Below, piece by piece: positions 27,760 through 40,925 of a stretch of 64,000 nt of DNA; the stretch's first letter is position 1; each line of letters begins with the position of its first letter. The notes under the pieces were generated by a model. It had not been told where the DNA came from, ran no database searches, and saw only the letters and a program-made list of their open reading frames with translations. The position numbers and the translations under genes are program-made. Where the stretch lies: the NCBI RefSeq assembly GCF_009914755.1, contig NC_060937.1, one strand, 5' to 3'. This stretch comes from the human T2T-CHM13v2.0 reference genome, Homo sapiens.

Positions 27760-27890
27760 ATCTCTTCCCTAACCAGAATATAGTTAGTATGAGAACAAGG
27801 ACCATACCTATTTTTTAATACTGTATTCTCAGTGACCATTATAGTATTTGAAACATAGGGAGCATGCAATAAATATTTGTTGAGTAAATA
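27760..27890 (+). mobile_element. L2 LINE 3' end
   Basis: atgagaacaaggacc...ctgtattctcagtg...catagggagcatgcaataaatatttgttgagtaaat. Confidence 0.7.
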
Positions 27891-29820
27891 GCTATTTATG
27901 GCATGAATAGTGCATTGTAATCATCTGTGGCCATGAACTTATTTTTGTTGACAGTAATTTCTTAATGCATAATTCAGTGCTGACTGAAAAATATTTCTTG
28001 AATAAAGGAATAGATAAATAAATGATAAATAAAGTGACTGAATACATTTAACCACTGTAAGGAATTTATTCCCAATTCAATTAATAGAATATTTTAGACC
28101 TTGGGTTAATTCTTGAAGTGTCTTAATTTCTCCAAGTGCTGAATGTTGGGATCACTTTCCATCACTAAGCATACTTTGTTGTTAATTTGTGGAAGCCTGT
28201 GAAATTCCTCCACTGATAATCACATTACTTTATTATTGTTGTGTCTCAACCACCAGCTCAGAACATGTAATTTGCTAAGAACATGTTCAAGGCAGATGGA
28301 CCTGAAACCTGTGAAGCTTTTATTATTTTCATTAGCACTTGTAACAAAGGACATGAGTCTCTATAATCAAACATTGCTACAGAGAAGCTAAGGCTTTGTG
28401 ACAGCCACAGCCACCACAACATGTCTCCTGCTTATATGGATGTGATGGCTACTGACATAAGCAGAGATTGTAGTCAAATACCGAAAAAAGGATTATTTTA
28501 TTAACAATCTCTTTGTTTTCTAAGGACTTCCTTGACATATACAGAAAGTGAATAACACGGAAATAAAATCTAAACACATTCTCCCACAAAGAAGGCATCT
28601 AGTTTGATTTTCTCAGTAATCCAACTCATTTTTTATCAGGTAAGGATCAAAAGTTTGTCTTCATATCTTCTTCCCTCTTGAGGAAAAGTAATTTCTTAAC
28701 TTTCATCAAGGGGTTTTACCTTAGCCCATGAACTTAATGAAGTGTATAATTCCTATTTTAAAAAATGAAACTGGTATTTTATTATTAACAAAGTTGTATA
28801 TTTGCATTGTAGAGAGTAGACAAATATAAAGGGTAAAAAATAAAACAATTATATTCTCCCCATCACTATTACCTCTTAGTGTGTCATCCCCAATAAATAC
28901 TCACATTAATATGCATTTTTTCAAAATAAGATAATGCAATACCTAGTTTGTAATTTTCTCTTCAGTTAAGATGTCCATATCTCCATTTTAATGAGTTTTT
29001 TAATGTAATCTAATAACCAGTCTTACTCAAATTTGCCCTGAAATTTCCCCTACTGCTTATTTTTCTGAGTCCAAATCCAATGTGGTATCACATGTTGTTT
29101 CTAGTTGCCATACCTCTTAACTGCTTTTTACTCTAAAATAGTCAACATTTCTCATGATATCGAATTGCTCAACAGACCAGGAATTTCATCAGTCTTAACT
29201 AAAAAAAAAAAAAATAGAGATTTATGAAAAAAGATGACTATGTGGTCACAAGTATATAGCTCCATCTCATCAAATCTCCAGTGAAATAACAAGTTTTCCC
29301 AAATTGAGACTGGGGGCTGTATATGGTCTAGAAAATAATGATGAGGCTACTTCACATACCAGAACCAATAAAGAATGTGCTCTAGACCTAGAGCAGATTG
29401 AATGAGATTGAAGAAGGAAATGTCCTCTGAAAGTCTAGAATGTCTAGGAGGCAAGTGGAAGGACACATTGTCACATCATCAACTGGAGCAAGATAGGGGA
29501 ATAGTCCTCAGAACAATACTACCAAGTGTGGCATCTCTTTCCTCCCTGCAAGCCAATGGCCTTTAGAATGCACCAATCACAATGAAAGACAGAGGACTCA
29601 CTCTCACAATGAGTGACCACACCAACCAGCAGGCAAGGTATGTGTCTCTAAAAGGAAAACACTGTGGCTCACATGCTTTCTCAATAGCCAGCTTGGAGTA
29701 TAGTTGTATAAAAAGCAACACAGAGCACTCAAAAATAGGCAAGGACTTAGAAAATGCAGGAACTATGCAAGTCTTCTAAATAATTCAATGAATGAGCTAG
29801 GCCAGAATAATAAAAGATTA

Positions 29821-30222
<402 letters not shown>

Positions 30223-30229
30223 TTAAATA

Positions 30230-30480
30230 CAGACCGGCATTCCTAATTTGAAAAGCTGAAATCCAAAATGTTCCAAAATTCCAAACTTTTTGAGTGCCAG
30301 CATAACATTCAAAGGTCATGCTCAAAGGAAATGCTGATTGGAGCATTTTGAATTTTGGATTTGTGGATCACAGATGCTCAACTGGTAAGTATAATATGAT
30401 GCAAATATTCAAAAAAAAAAAAATCCCAAATCCTAAACATTTCTGGTCCCAGGCATTTCTGATAAGGGACACTCAACCTG
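30230..30480 (+). mobile_element. Tigger4a (Zombi) non-autonomous DNA transposon
   Basis: TA-flanked; aaatccaaaatgttccaaaatt...ctggtcccaggcatttctgataagggacactcaacctg. Confidence 0.88.
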
Positions 30481-30495
30481 TAAAGAAATAAATCT

Positions 30496-30798
<303 letters not shown>

Positions 30799-30943
30799 CT
30801 AAACACGTTTTACACAGTTATATCACTGCTTCACATTTTTTGATAGCTATCCTCAATGTTTTTTAACTGGTAAATGTTTTTATCACTTTAAATTACATAA
30901 ATAAAAAAGGAGAAATTTAAAAATCAGTAAAAATCCTTGATAT

Positions 30944-31736
30944 TGATACAGGAGTTGGGGGAGCAGGGAAGTGCTGGGTAGATAAGGGCAGGGTCCCTGG
31001 CGAGGGCTCCACCCTCGGGCCTGTGCCCATGGACCTAAGTGAGGACAAGCACCCCTGTTTTCGTGCCCAAATGTTGCATTTTCCAAGACCACTCTGGCCC
31101 ATCACGCTCCCATTCTGTGTCTAAAAAAACCCAAGACCCTATTGGGCACGCACACAAGTAGCCAGATGTCAAGAAGAACACACCAGCAGAAGAACACACC
31201 AACAGAGGCCAGCAGGTCATTGATGGCGGAACAATGCGGACGCCTAGGGGAGTTCGGCTAAGGGCCATGGGAGGAGAGCCCGGCAGCTGAGCAGCCGGAC
31301 TCCAGGAGAAGAACACCTTCCCATTCCATCCCCATGCTGGCTCCACATCCATCGGCTGAGAGCTACTTCCACCACTCAATAAAACCTTGCACTCATTCTC
31401 CAAGCCCTTATGTGACCCGATTTTTCCAGTACACAAGGGCAAGAACCCAGGATACAGAAAGCCCTCTGTCCTTGCTTTAAGGCAGAAGGTCTAACTGAGC
31501 TGATTAAGACAAACCACTTGCAGACAGTAAAACTGAAAGAGCGCACTGTAACACCTGCCCACTGGGGCTTTGGGAGCTGTAAACACTGGACTCTAGATGC
31601 CGCCGTGGGGCAGAGCCCTGCCACCTGCCCGTCCACATGTTCCTCCCAGAGGTTTGCGCGTGGGGCACAGAAGAAACGAGCCACAGCCCCATGGCACGCC
31701 CTGAGAGGGGAATAAGGGAAAACTCCTCCCATTTCA
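30944..31736 (+). mobile_element. LTR1-family (ERV1) solo LTR
   Basis: TG...CA ends, 793 bp, 4-bp TSD atat (30940-30943 and 31737-31740), gggaagtgctgggtag...ggacctaagtgaggaca, AATAAA at about 31378. Confidence 0.85.
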
Positions 31737-31846
31737 ATATTCCAAAAAGACAAAAATAGTGGGTTTTACTCACTTTTATAGACAAATAATGTTATATATT
31801 TAAGTATGTATCTGATGAGTCTTTGTAACCACTGGTAACAATGCTT

Positions 31847-32342
31847 ATCATGGCAGACTGTATTTCCCAAAATGACCACGACATTTTCCATCCCACGTGC
31901 TCTTCTAAAACCTGGAGAGTCTTTGTGATTGCCTCATGAATAGAAGGCAGAACTGACACATGTGGCCTCCAGTGCTTGGTCACAGAAGGCAATACTGTCG
32001 AGTTCTGCCTGCCTCTCTCTTGAAACATTTGTTCTTGGAACCAAGCACTAAGCTGTTGAAAAGCCTAGGGCACACGGAGAGATCACATGTAGGTGTTCTG
32101 GCTGAAAACTTCACTGCTGTTCACGTAACATCCTCCATGACTTTTCTGACATATGAAGAGGCATCTGAGAACTCTCTAGCCACAACCACTGTCTGACTGC
32201 AAACTCATGAATACCCAAAGCAAGAAAGGCCTAGATGAGCCTAGTCAACACCCAGAAATATGAGATACAATGAAAAAAACATTTGCTTCACTCCACAAGG
32301 TTTATGGTAGTTTGTTATTTAGCAATAGGCAATTGGATAACA
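31847..32342 (+). mobile_element. MaLR solo LTR (MLT1H-like)
   Basis: tggcagactgtatttcccaaaatgaccac...tcccacgtgctcttct...tagtttgttatttagcaataggcaattggataaca. Confidence 0.75.
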
Positions 32343-32349
32343 GTTAACA

Positions 32350-33000
32350 ACAGCAGCAAAAAGTCTATGCAAAAAATAAGAATGGATAAAAAATTAAACC
32401 ACAGAAAGCATAAAATATAAATAAATAACCAAGAAATTGAGTTGTGCCAATAAATGCAAATGATTTAAACATGGCTACCAACCGGAAAAGATACTCAGAT
32501 GGAGTTAAAATAGAAAACTCTACTTACTAGCAAATAATAAATACCCAAAATAAAATTCCAAAAAGGCCAAAAATCAAAGACTAAAATGTAATATATGAGG
32601 CATTGAAAACAAAAAGAAAAAAATAAAATAAGCCTAACCAAAAAGAATATTTAATAAATATAGCAGCAAAAATACGACTAGTAAAACAGAAGCTAACAGT
32701 TACTAAGTTGATCTGAAAAACTTCTCTACACCATACTCAAACCCTTTTGTAAGTGTAATTTTCACTGACTAAAAAAGAATGAAAAACAAAACTAACATCA
32801 AAATGAAGAATAAAACCATTGGTGAATATATAGAGGCCATTTTCAAATTATAAACAAGCAGGTAAATGTAAACATTTGAATGAAATGAATCATTTGAAAC
32901 AAATTTCAATTTCTCCAATTTATTCAAGCAGTAGAATGCCTGAAGAGAAGAAATGTAAAATATCATGCCAACTTACACAATCTGTTCCATAGCCAGGCTA
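32350..33000 (+). mobile_element. Highly decayed old L1 (L1ME-like) ORF2 5' remnant
   Basis: A-rich; caataaatgcaaatgatttaaac...aaaagatactcagatggagttaaaa resembles the ORF2 endonuclease start. Confidence 0.4.
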
Positions 33001-33591
33001 TTCTTTAAGTTGTGAATTCTTTCAGACCATTATGGAATATACTCTCAATGATAAGAAAAAATGTGTTCAGCAATACTAAAAAAGTGAAAGCTATCTAGTT
33101 TTATGCAAAAATATTATAATTTTCACTAAAAATTTGACCAAGGTGTTGCTTAAAACCAACAGCATTTCCTAAATTTTAATCAAAGCAGTTTTTATAAAAT
33201 AACATCTGCATGAAGTAAAAATATGTTCTCTGCTAAGAAGAATTTGGGAAATTTGCTTTTAAAGGTATTTGTTGCTGTTGCACTATAGAATTTCTGAATC
33301 TATAATAAAATAATGAGGGTTATGAATCTCCAAGGGTATATAGATCAGTGCTTCCAAACCTTCCTTACTGTAAAATGCTTTGTATTCACATAATATTATT
33401 AATGTTCTATAACATAGTGAAATGAATGACTGTAGGACAAAATTTAGAAAATGGTACTATAAACCAATTTCTCTTTGGACATAGATACAAAATATGTCAA
33501 AATCAAGAAAGTAATATTGATATATTCCTATTTATAACATCTAAACATACTAATATAAATAGGTAGTTCTGTAATATAAGTAGTTGTGTTA

Positions 33592-33912
<321 letters not shown>

Positions 33913-34424
33913 TTAAAATCATGAAAAAAAGAATGTCTTTTATGACTAGTGTTTTATTCAGATCTGAAGATACAGGTAATGCAATAACATATAAAACATG
34001 AATAAGATTTTCAAATATTATAAAAGGTGGATAAACTGGTCAGAATTTGCAGATAATATGCCTATGTATTTCCCTAAAAGCAAGAGAATCAACTAAAAAA
34101 AACACTTAATATATTATGTCAACAATGAAGCTGACATGTCATGCGATGAACTATTATGCAGCTTACTGGCAATAATGTTTTTAAAGAATTTTTTGAGACA
34201 TTTCCATTTAAGTAAAATAAAATTAGTAAACCATACTTGCTATAATTAAAAGGTTTTTTAAAGTACACATTTAAAAATGAATGACAATAAATAAAATAAT
34301 GATTTGAGCAAGGAACATTTAATTTACCCAGTCACCCAGATTGGCCGAAGGATGTTGAAGAATTACGTTAGCTAAATGAATGATAGGTTTAGGAAAGAAC
34401 TGATATTTAAGATGGGTCTTAGAA

Positions 34425-34504
34425 AAGAACTAAGGTACCACCAGGCATAAAACTTGGACAGTATTTTCTGTCCCAGTTTTATGCCTGCTGGTACTTTAGT
34501 TCTT
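34425..34504. repeat. Inverted repeat: 37-bp arms, 6-nt loop, 3 mismatches
   Basis: aagaactaaggtaccaccaggcataaaacttggacag-tatttt-ctgtcccagttttatgcctgctggtactttagttctt. Confidence 0.95.
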
Positions 34505-34905
34505 CACAGAAAAAATTACTGCCTTATCAGAAGTCAAAGTAAAAGCTGAAGTAGGGCATAAAAATCAAACATCTTTAATTTGAGATAAAGACAGACATAA
34601 TAGCCTTTAGATGGGTTCCTAGTCAGAGTACACTGAGCTAGCTGATGACCAACGTAATTGAAAACGTAACTAAAAAACATAAGTTGTTTAATACAACTTG
34701 GGGTCCTTCTCCAAGACAGTTTTTAAAAAGAAAATTGTTTGACCTATTAAATGGAAATTTGAAAAAACAAAATAATATAAGTAAAACAATATAAATATAT
34801 ATTATACTTATGGGAAAAGCATAAAAATGAAAATAAAAGGTAGCCTTAAAATAAAGGCATTTTCTATAGCACGAAATTCAAATTTGTGTAAGTCTTTTAA
34901 TGATA

Positions 34906-35202
34906 TAGTTGGCTCTTAATATTCCTGGGTTCTGCATCTGCAGATTCAACCAAACATGAACAGAAGATACTTTAAAAAATAATAAAAGTAAAAAACAATA
35001 AAGTATAACAATAATTTACAAAGTGTGTATATTGTGTTAGGTTTTGTAAGCAATCTAGAGATGATTTAAAGTATATTGAAGAATATGCATAGGCTATATG
35101 AAAATACTATGCCATTTTGTATGAGGGACATGAGCATCCCTGGATTTTAGCATTCATAGAAGTTCCTGGAACAAATCCCCCACAGATACTGAGAGATGAC
35201 TG
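34906..35202 (-). mobile_element. MER2 (Tigger-family MITE)
   Basis: TA-flanked; gggttctgcatctgcagattcaacca...ttcctggaacaaatcccccacagatactgagagatgactg. Confidence 0.88.
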
Positions 35203-35834
35203 TATATGAATCCTAAAAAGAAAATTGAATGCTAATCATTATCATAAATATCAGATATATAATATAATGTCACTCTCTTTTCCACATGAAAATGTTTCCA
35301 TTAAAGAATTCCAAAAATTTAAACCCAGTTCTTTGTTCCAAATAATATTATTATTGAAATAATTAATGTCTTTCAGCCAGCCTCCACATTCATCATCATC
35401 TATTAAGCCTGGATAGATTTCATGTCAAGGAGAAAGGAAGCTGTACTTCTAGAAGTAACCATAATGGATATAGTGCTTTCTTCCAGGATTATATATTACT
35501 GTAAGTGTTTATAATGTCAACTTGTGGCTCAAAGCAAATCATTCATATACGATCTACTGTGCTACATTCCTAGGAGCTCAATCAAATGGAGCCCAATACA
35601 CTTGGCTCTTCCAATTCCAATAACTTATTTCAATCAACAACAATGTCCACAGGGTCTTTGAGTATACAATGACACAGTTTAAAACACTCCAAGATATTTC
35701 TGGTACATTGGTATCCCTAGAGTTATGAAAATTGATTCCAGAAGTATAAGGAAGATAACAGAAAATAACATGGTTTATTTTAAAATACAAAAAAGAGCAA
35801 AAAATAGGATGCACCTCATATAAGCATACATATA

Positions 35835-35962
35835 GTAGCCTTAAAATTAAGGCATTTTCTATAGCACACATTGTAAATTTGTATAATTGAGTCTTTTAAT
35901 AATACTGTCAATCCTCAGTATCCCTGGATTCTGCATCTGCAGATTCAACCAAACATGGACAG
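35835..35962 (+). repeat. Diverged direct copy of 34840-34963 (unique flank plus MER2 end)
   Basis: gtagccttaaaat.aaggcattttctatagcac...agtcttttaat...ttctgcatctgcagattcaaccaaacatg.acag present in both copies. Confidence 0.9.
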
Positions 35963-37844
35963 TTAATATATAACTGTCCAAACCTAGACAATTGTCCAAA
36001 TGTATAATATGTTAATGTATATTATATATTTGTAAATATTTATTAATATGTAATTGTCCAAACATGGATAGTTACTATGTATATAAAATATAAAAGTCAT
36101 TTTTATTTGACCAGGAATTTACCAAGTTATCAAATAACATAATGAATAAACCATTAATCATTTTAAAAATCATTACCTATGGATATATATTCTAGTAAAA
36201 GCATATTTAGACAGTTCAGTTTTCAACATATTCCAATCCACTTTTGTGATGTAGATTTTGAATAGTGGATGTAGCTCTTGGCTCTATTTTACCATATTTC
36301 ACATATAGCTAGTTAAGAATGTCAGCACAAAATAATACACTTAAGTAATACATTAATAATAACATTTGGCTTAAAATATATCCTGGTTTTAAGCAGGAGG
36401 TTATTAACGTATCATGAATCCATACCAATTATTATAGTAGAATGCCCAGAATTTAAAATAGGAGGATAATTCATAGTGGTAATATTATTTTTAAAATGAA
36501 TCTTAATTCAATATCTAATAAGTGCCTTACTATGTAAGTGAAGTCCTTTATCATTGTTACTGTAGCATATGATTAGAGAACACATTAAAAAGCTATTGCT
36601 TTCCTGACATCTAATTTGCATCAGGTTCTTAATTTTCAACTGGATACAAATTAGGCACTCAAAAATAAAAGAACCAGTTAAATTACCTTATCAATAACAA
36701 TACTTTTCACCAAAGACAATTAAAAGTAAGGACATTGACAAGCATGGATTTTTCAGCATCAAATGTATCTTATTGTTTAAATTCATGTTTATAAAGCTCC
36801 CATTACATATGTTACTGGACCCAAATAAATAACACAATGTTTATTCCCTCCAATAACCTTCTGAATTTCCAAATGATACATTCAAACAGTGTTTCCAAAG
36901 TTTTAACAAGGAAGTATTTCTCTTCACATACAACTCTCTCCTTGTTCTTAGGAGTTCTGACGGTCTTTCTCTAACTAAGTGATAATTATTATTGAATCCT
37001 AGTTGTGCTTCAATTGAAATATCTCTTGCATCTGCAGAATCCCTGTCTCCTCTTAAAACAAGAGCTCCCCCCTTTGTACCTAGGCTGTCCATGAACCTCC
37101 AGGCCTCTGCTGCTCTCTCCAGTTTCTCCCCATCCTCACAACCCATGCTTGAATCATGAAATGTGCCTGCTCAAAAGCTGCACAGTTCTCCGTGGCTTAC
37201 AGAAAGTAAAAAATTGTATTTAAAGCTTTCCACAGTCAGGCCTTAGATTACCGTCTCACCATGTCTCCTACTGCTTACCAACCAAATCTCTTGTCTCCAC
37301 CTCACTTCTTAAAACTATGTTTCTGGAGCATAGCAGGGCTTATGAAGTCACATTTTCCCCCACATCCTCATGAACAGTAGTTCGCACAAAACAAGCAACA
37401 TATATGTGATATTTGGATTTATTTCAACTGATAGGATCATCAAAAGGCCATTTGGGAATTGTCAATTATTTCATTTTATAACTATGCGTATTTAGTTGCA
37501 TGGTAAAGTAATTAAGTCACTTGTAAATGACCACTCAGCTACAGTGACCACTCAGCTTGACAAATCAAAACCAAAATTCTGCCTCATGGAAATAACACTT
37601 TTTTATTATTTCATATTATGCAAATAATTTAGAAACATTGATAATAGTGATGAATAGGATGTAATGAGATGCTTTCTTTGCTCAATAAAAATATATTGAG
37701 CTTCCCATTTTCTCAACTCCTAATTGGGTGATTGCACAAAAAAAAAGATCCACTTAGTGTGAAAACAAGCCAGTCAAATAGAGCACTTCAGTGACCTTCC
37801 CAAGAGCACGCTTCCCAAGGAAAATCAAATTGACCATTTAAAAA

Positions 37845-38529
37845 TGCACAGTCAGGGGAGACAAAATAACAAAGAATACAAAGGAATAAAGCATGCCTAC
37901 TAGATCTACAAAAACCTCAAAAAGGCAAATCTAGTACTTACTGGCCTTAAAGAGGAGAGACAGAGAGAGAGAGAGATTAGGGTGGAGAGTTTATTTAAAA
38001 GGATAGTTACAGAGAACATCTCAAACCTAGAAAAAGTTATCAATACTCAAGTACAAGAAGGTTATAGAATACCAAACAGATTTAACCCAAATAAGACTAC
38101 CTTAACACATTTAATAATCAAACTCCCAAAGGTCAAAGACAAAGAAAGAATCCCAATGCAGCAAAAGAAAAAAATAAACACATAACATACAATAGCACTC
38201 CAATACGTCTGGCAGCAGACTTCTCAGTGGAAACCTTACAGGACAGGAGAGTGGCATGACGTTTAAAGTGCTGAAGGAAAAAAATGTTACCCTAGAATAG
38301 TATATCTAGAGAAAATATCCTCTGAACATGAAGGAAAAATAAAGACTTTGCAGACAAACAAAAGCTGAGGGATTTCATCAATCTCAGACCTGTCCTATAA
38401 GAAATGCTAAAGGTAGTTCTTCAATCCAAAAGAAAATGACATTAACAAGCAATAAGAAAACATCTGAAATAAACAATCTCATAAACAATCTAATGAAGTA
38501 TCTTAAAGAAGAAAAGCAAGAGCAAACCA
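37845..38529 (+). mobile_element. L1 (L1MA/L1PB-like) ORF1 remnant fused to a short ORF2 piece
   Basis: ORF 37982-38185 ESLFKRIVTENISNLEK...HLIIKLPKVKDKERI is L1 ORF1; ggcagcagacttctcagtggaaaccttacagg. Confidence 0.9.
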
Positions 38530-38544
38530 GGCTGGGCACGATGG

Positions 38545-40089
38545 TGAGAGGTGACAGCGTGCTGGCAGTCCTCACAGCCCTCGCTCGCTCTCGGCGCCTC
38601 CTCTGCCTGGGCTCCCACTTTGGCGGCACTTGAGGAGCCCTTCAGCCCACCGCTGCACTGTGGGAGCCCCTTTCTGGGCTGGCCAAGGCCAGAGTCGTCT
38701 TCCTCAGCTTGCAGGTAGGTGTGGAGGGAGAGGCGCGAGCGGGAACCAGGGCTGCGTACAGTGCTTGCGGGCCAGCTGGAGTTCCGGGTGGGCATGGGCT
38801 TGGCGGGCCTGCACTCGGAGCAGACGGCCGGCCCTGCCAGCCCCGGGCAGTGAGCGACTTGGCACCCGGGCCAGCGGCTGCAGAGGGTGTACTGGGTCCC
38901 CCAGCAGTGCCAGCCCACCGGCGCTGTGCTCGATTTCTCGCCGGGCCTTAGCTGCCTTCCCGCGGGGCAGGGCTCGGGACCTGCAGCCTGCCATGCCTGA
39001 GCCTCCCACCCACTCCATGGGCTCCTGTGCGGCCCGAGCCTCCCCGACGAGCACCACCCCCCTGCTCCAAGGTGCCCAGTCCCATCAACCACCCAAGGGC
39101 TGAGGAGTGCGAGCACAGGGCGTGGGCTGGCAGGCAGCTCCACCTGCAGCCCCAGTGCAGGATCCACTAGGTGAAGCCAGCTGGGCTCCTGATCTGGTGG
39201 GGACGTGGAGAGTCTTTATGTCTAGCTCGGGATTGTAAACACACCAATCAGCACCCTGTGTTTAGCTCAAGGTTTGTAGTGCACCAATCGACACTCTGTA
39301 TCTAGCTGCTCTGGTGGGGCCTCCGAGAACCTTTATGTCTAGCTCAGGGATTGTAAATACACCAATCGGCACTTTGTATCTAGCTCAAGGTTCGTAAACA
39401 CACCAATCAGCACCCTGTGTTTAGCTCAAGGTTTGTGAGTGCGCCAATTGACACTCTGTATCTAGCTGCTCTGGTGGGGCCTTGGAGAACCTGTGTGTCA
39501 AAACTCTGTATCTAACTAATCTGTTGGGGACATGGAGAACCTTTGTATCTAGCTCAGGGATTGTAAACGCACCAATCAGCGCCCTGTCAAAAAAGGCCAC
39601 TCGGCTCTACCAATCAGCAGGATGTGGGTGGGGCCAGATAAGAGAATAAAAGGAGGCTGCCCGAGCCAGCATTGGCAACCCGCTCGGGTCCCCTTCCACA
39701 CTGTGAAAGCTTTGTTCTTTCGCTCTTTGCAATAAATCTTGCTACTGCTCACTCTTTGGGTCCACGCTGCTTTTATGAGCTGTAACGCTCACCAGGAAGA
39801 TCTGCAGCTTCACTCCTGAGCCCAGCGAGACCACAAGCCCACCGGGAGGAACGAACAACTCCAGATGCTCTGCCTTAAGAGCTGTAACACTGACCACAAA
39901 GGTCTGCAGCTTCACTCCTGAGCCAGCGAGACCACGAACCCACCAGAAGGAAGAAACTCCGAACACATCTGAACATCAGAAGGAACAAACTCCAGACGCG
40001 CCACCTTAAGAGCTGTAACACTCACTGCGAGGGTCTGCGGCTTCATTCTTGAAGTCAGTGAGACCAAGAACCCACCAATTCCAGACACA
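38545..40089 (+). mobile_element. LTR12C (ERV9) solo LTR, full length
   Basis: Starts tgagaggtgacagcgtgctggcag, ends cccaccaattccagacaca, 1545 bp; TSD atgg/acgg; CpG-rich 5' part and tandem enhancer repeats. Confidence 0.95.
39220..39740 (+). promoter_or_regulatory. LTR12C enhancer/promoter (NF-Y CCAAT array, GATA site, AATAAA-type TATA, polyA signal)
   Basis: CCAAT at 39244, 39284, 39362, 39403, 39444, 39572, 39610; AGATAA at 39636; AATAAAA at 39645; AATAAA at 39731. Activity is inferred from the family, not shown. Confidence 0.7.
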
Positions 40090-40169
40090 ACGGCTCACGC
40101 CTATAATCCCAGCACTTTGGGAGGCTGAGGTGGGTGGATCACCTGGCGGGTGGAACTCCTGACCTCAGG

Positions 40170-40925
40170 CCCTGAAACTACTAAAAGAAAACATTGGGGA
40201 AATTCTCCAGGACATTCACCTGCACAAAGATTTCTTGAGCAATACCTTAAAAGCACAGGTAACCAGAACAAAAATGAACAAATAGGATCACATCAAATTA
40301 AAATGCTTCTACACAGTAATGGAAACAATCAACAAAGTGAAGAGACAACCCACAGAATAGGAGAAAATATTTGCAAATGATCCATCTTACAAAGGATTAA
40401 CCAGAAGATATAAGGAGCTCAAACAACTCAATAAGAAAAATTTGAATAATCTGATTACAAAATGGGCAAAATATCAGAATAGACATTTCTCAAAATAAGA
40501 CATACAAATGACAAACAGGTATATGTAAAGGTGGTCAATATCATTCATTGATCAGAGAAATGCAAATCAAAACTACAATGAGATATCATCTCACTCTAGT
40601 TAAAATGACTAATATCCAAAAGACAGACAATAACAAATGCCACCAAAGATGTGGAGAAAAGGGTACCCTTGTACACTGTTGGTGGGAATGTGAATTACAA
40701 CAACCACTGTAGAGAACAGTTTGGAGGTTCCTCAAAAAACTAAAAATAGAAATCCCATATGATCCAGTAATCCCACTGATAGGCATATACCCAAAAGAAA
40801 GCAAAACAGTATATCAAAGAGATACCTTCATTTCTATGATTATTGCAGTACTGTTCACAATACCCAAGATTTGAAAGCAACCTAAGTGTCCATCATCAGA
40901 TGAATGAAGAAAATATGTATATGTA
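40170..40925 (+). mobile_element. L1 (L1MA/L1PB-like) ORF2 3' remnant
   Basis: aaagaaaacattggggaaattctccaggacatt...aaatgcaaatcaaaactacaatgagatatcatctc...caacctaagtgtccatca. Confidence 0.9.

Larger units (their letters stand above)
38530..40169 (+). mobile_element. Alu left-arm head, split by LTR12C and 3'-truncated with an inverted piece
   Basis: ggctgggcacgatgg|LTR|acggctcacgcctataatcccagcactttgggaggctgaggtgggtggatcacctg, then gcgggtgga and gaactcctgacctcagg. Confidence 0.88.

Noticed and set aside
38490-39167. Longest ORFs (225 aa on -, 157 aa on +) and a CpG-island-like stretch
   Set aside because: Lie almost entirely within the GC-rich U3 of LTR12C; long stop-free frames are expected there and resemble no protein
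39220-39600. Regularly spaced repeats resembling a CRISPR array
   Set aside because: These are the known tandem enhancer units of ERV9 LTRs; there are no unique spacers or cas genes and the context is eukaryotic
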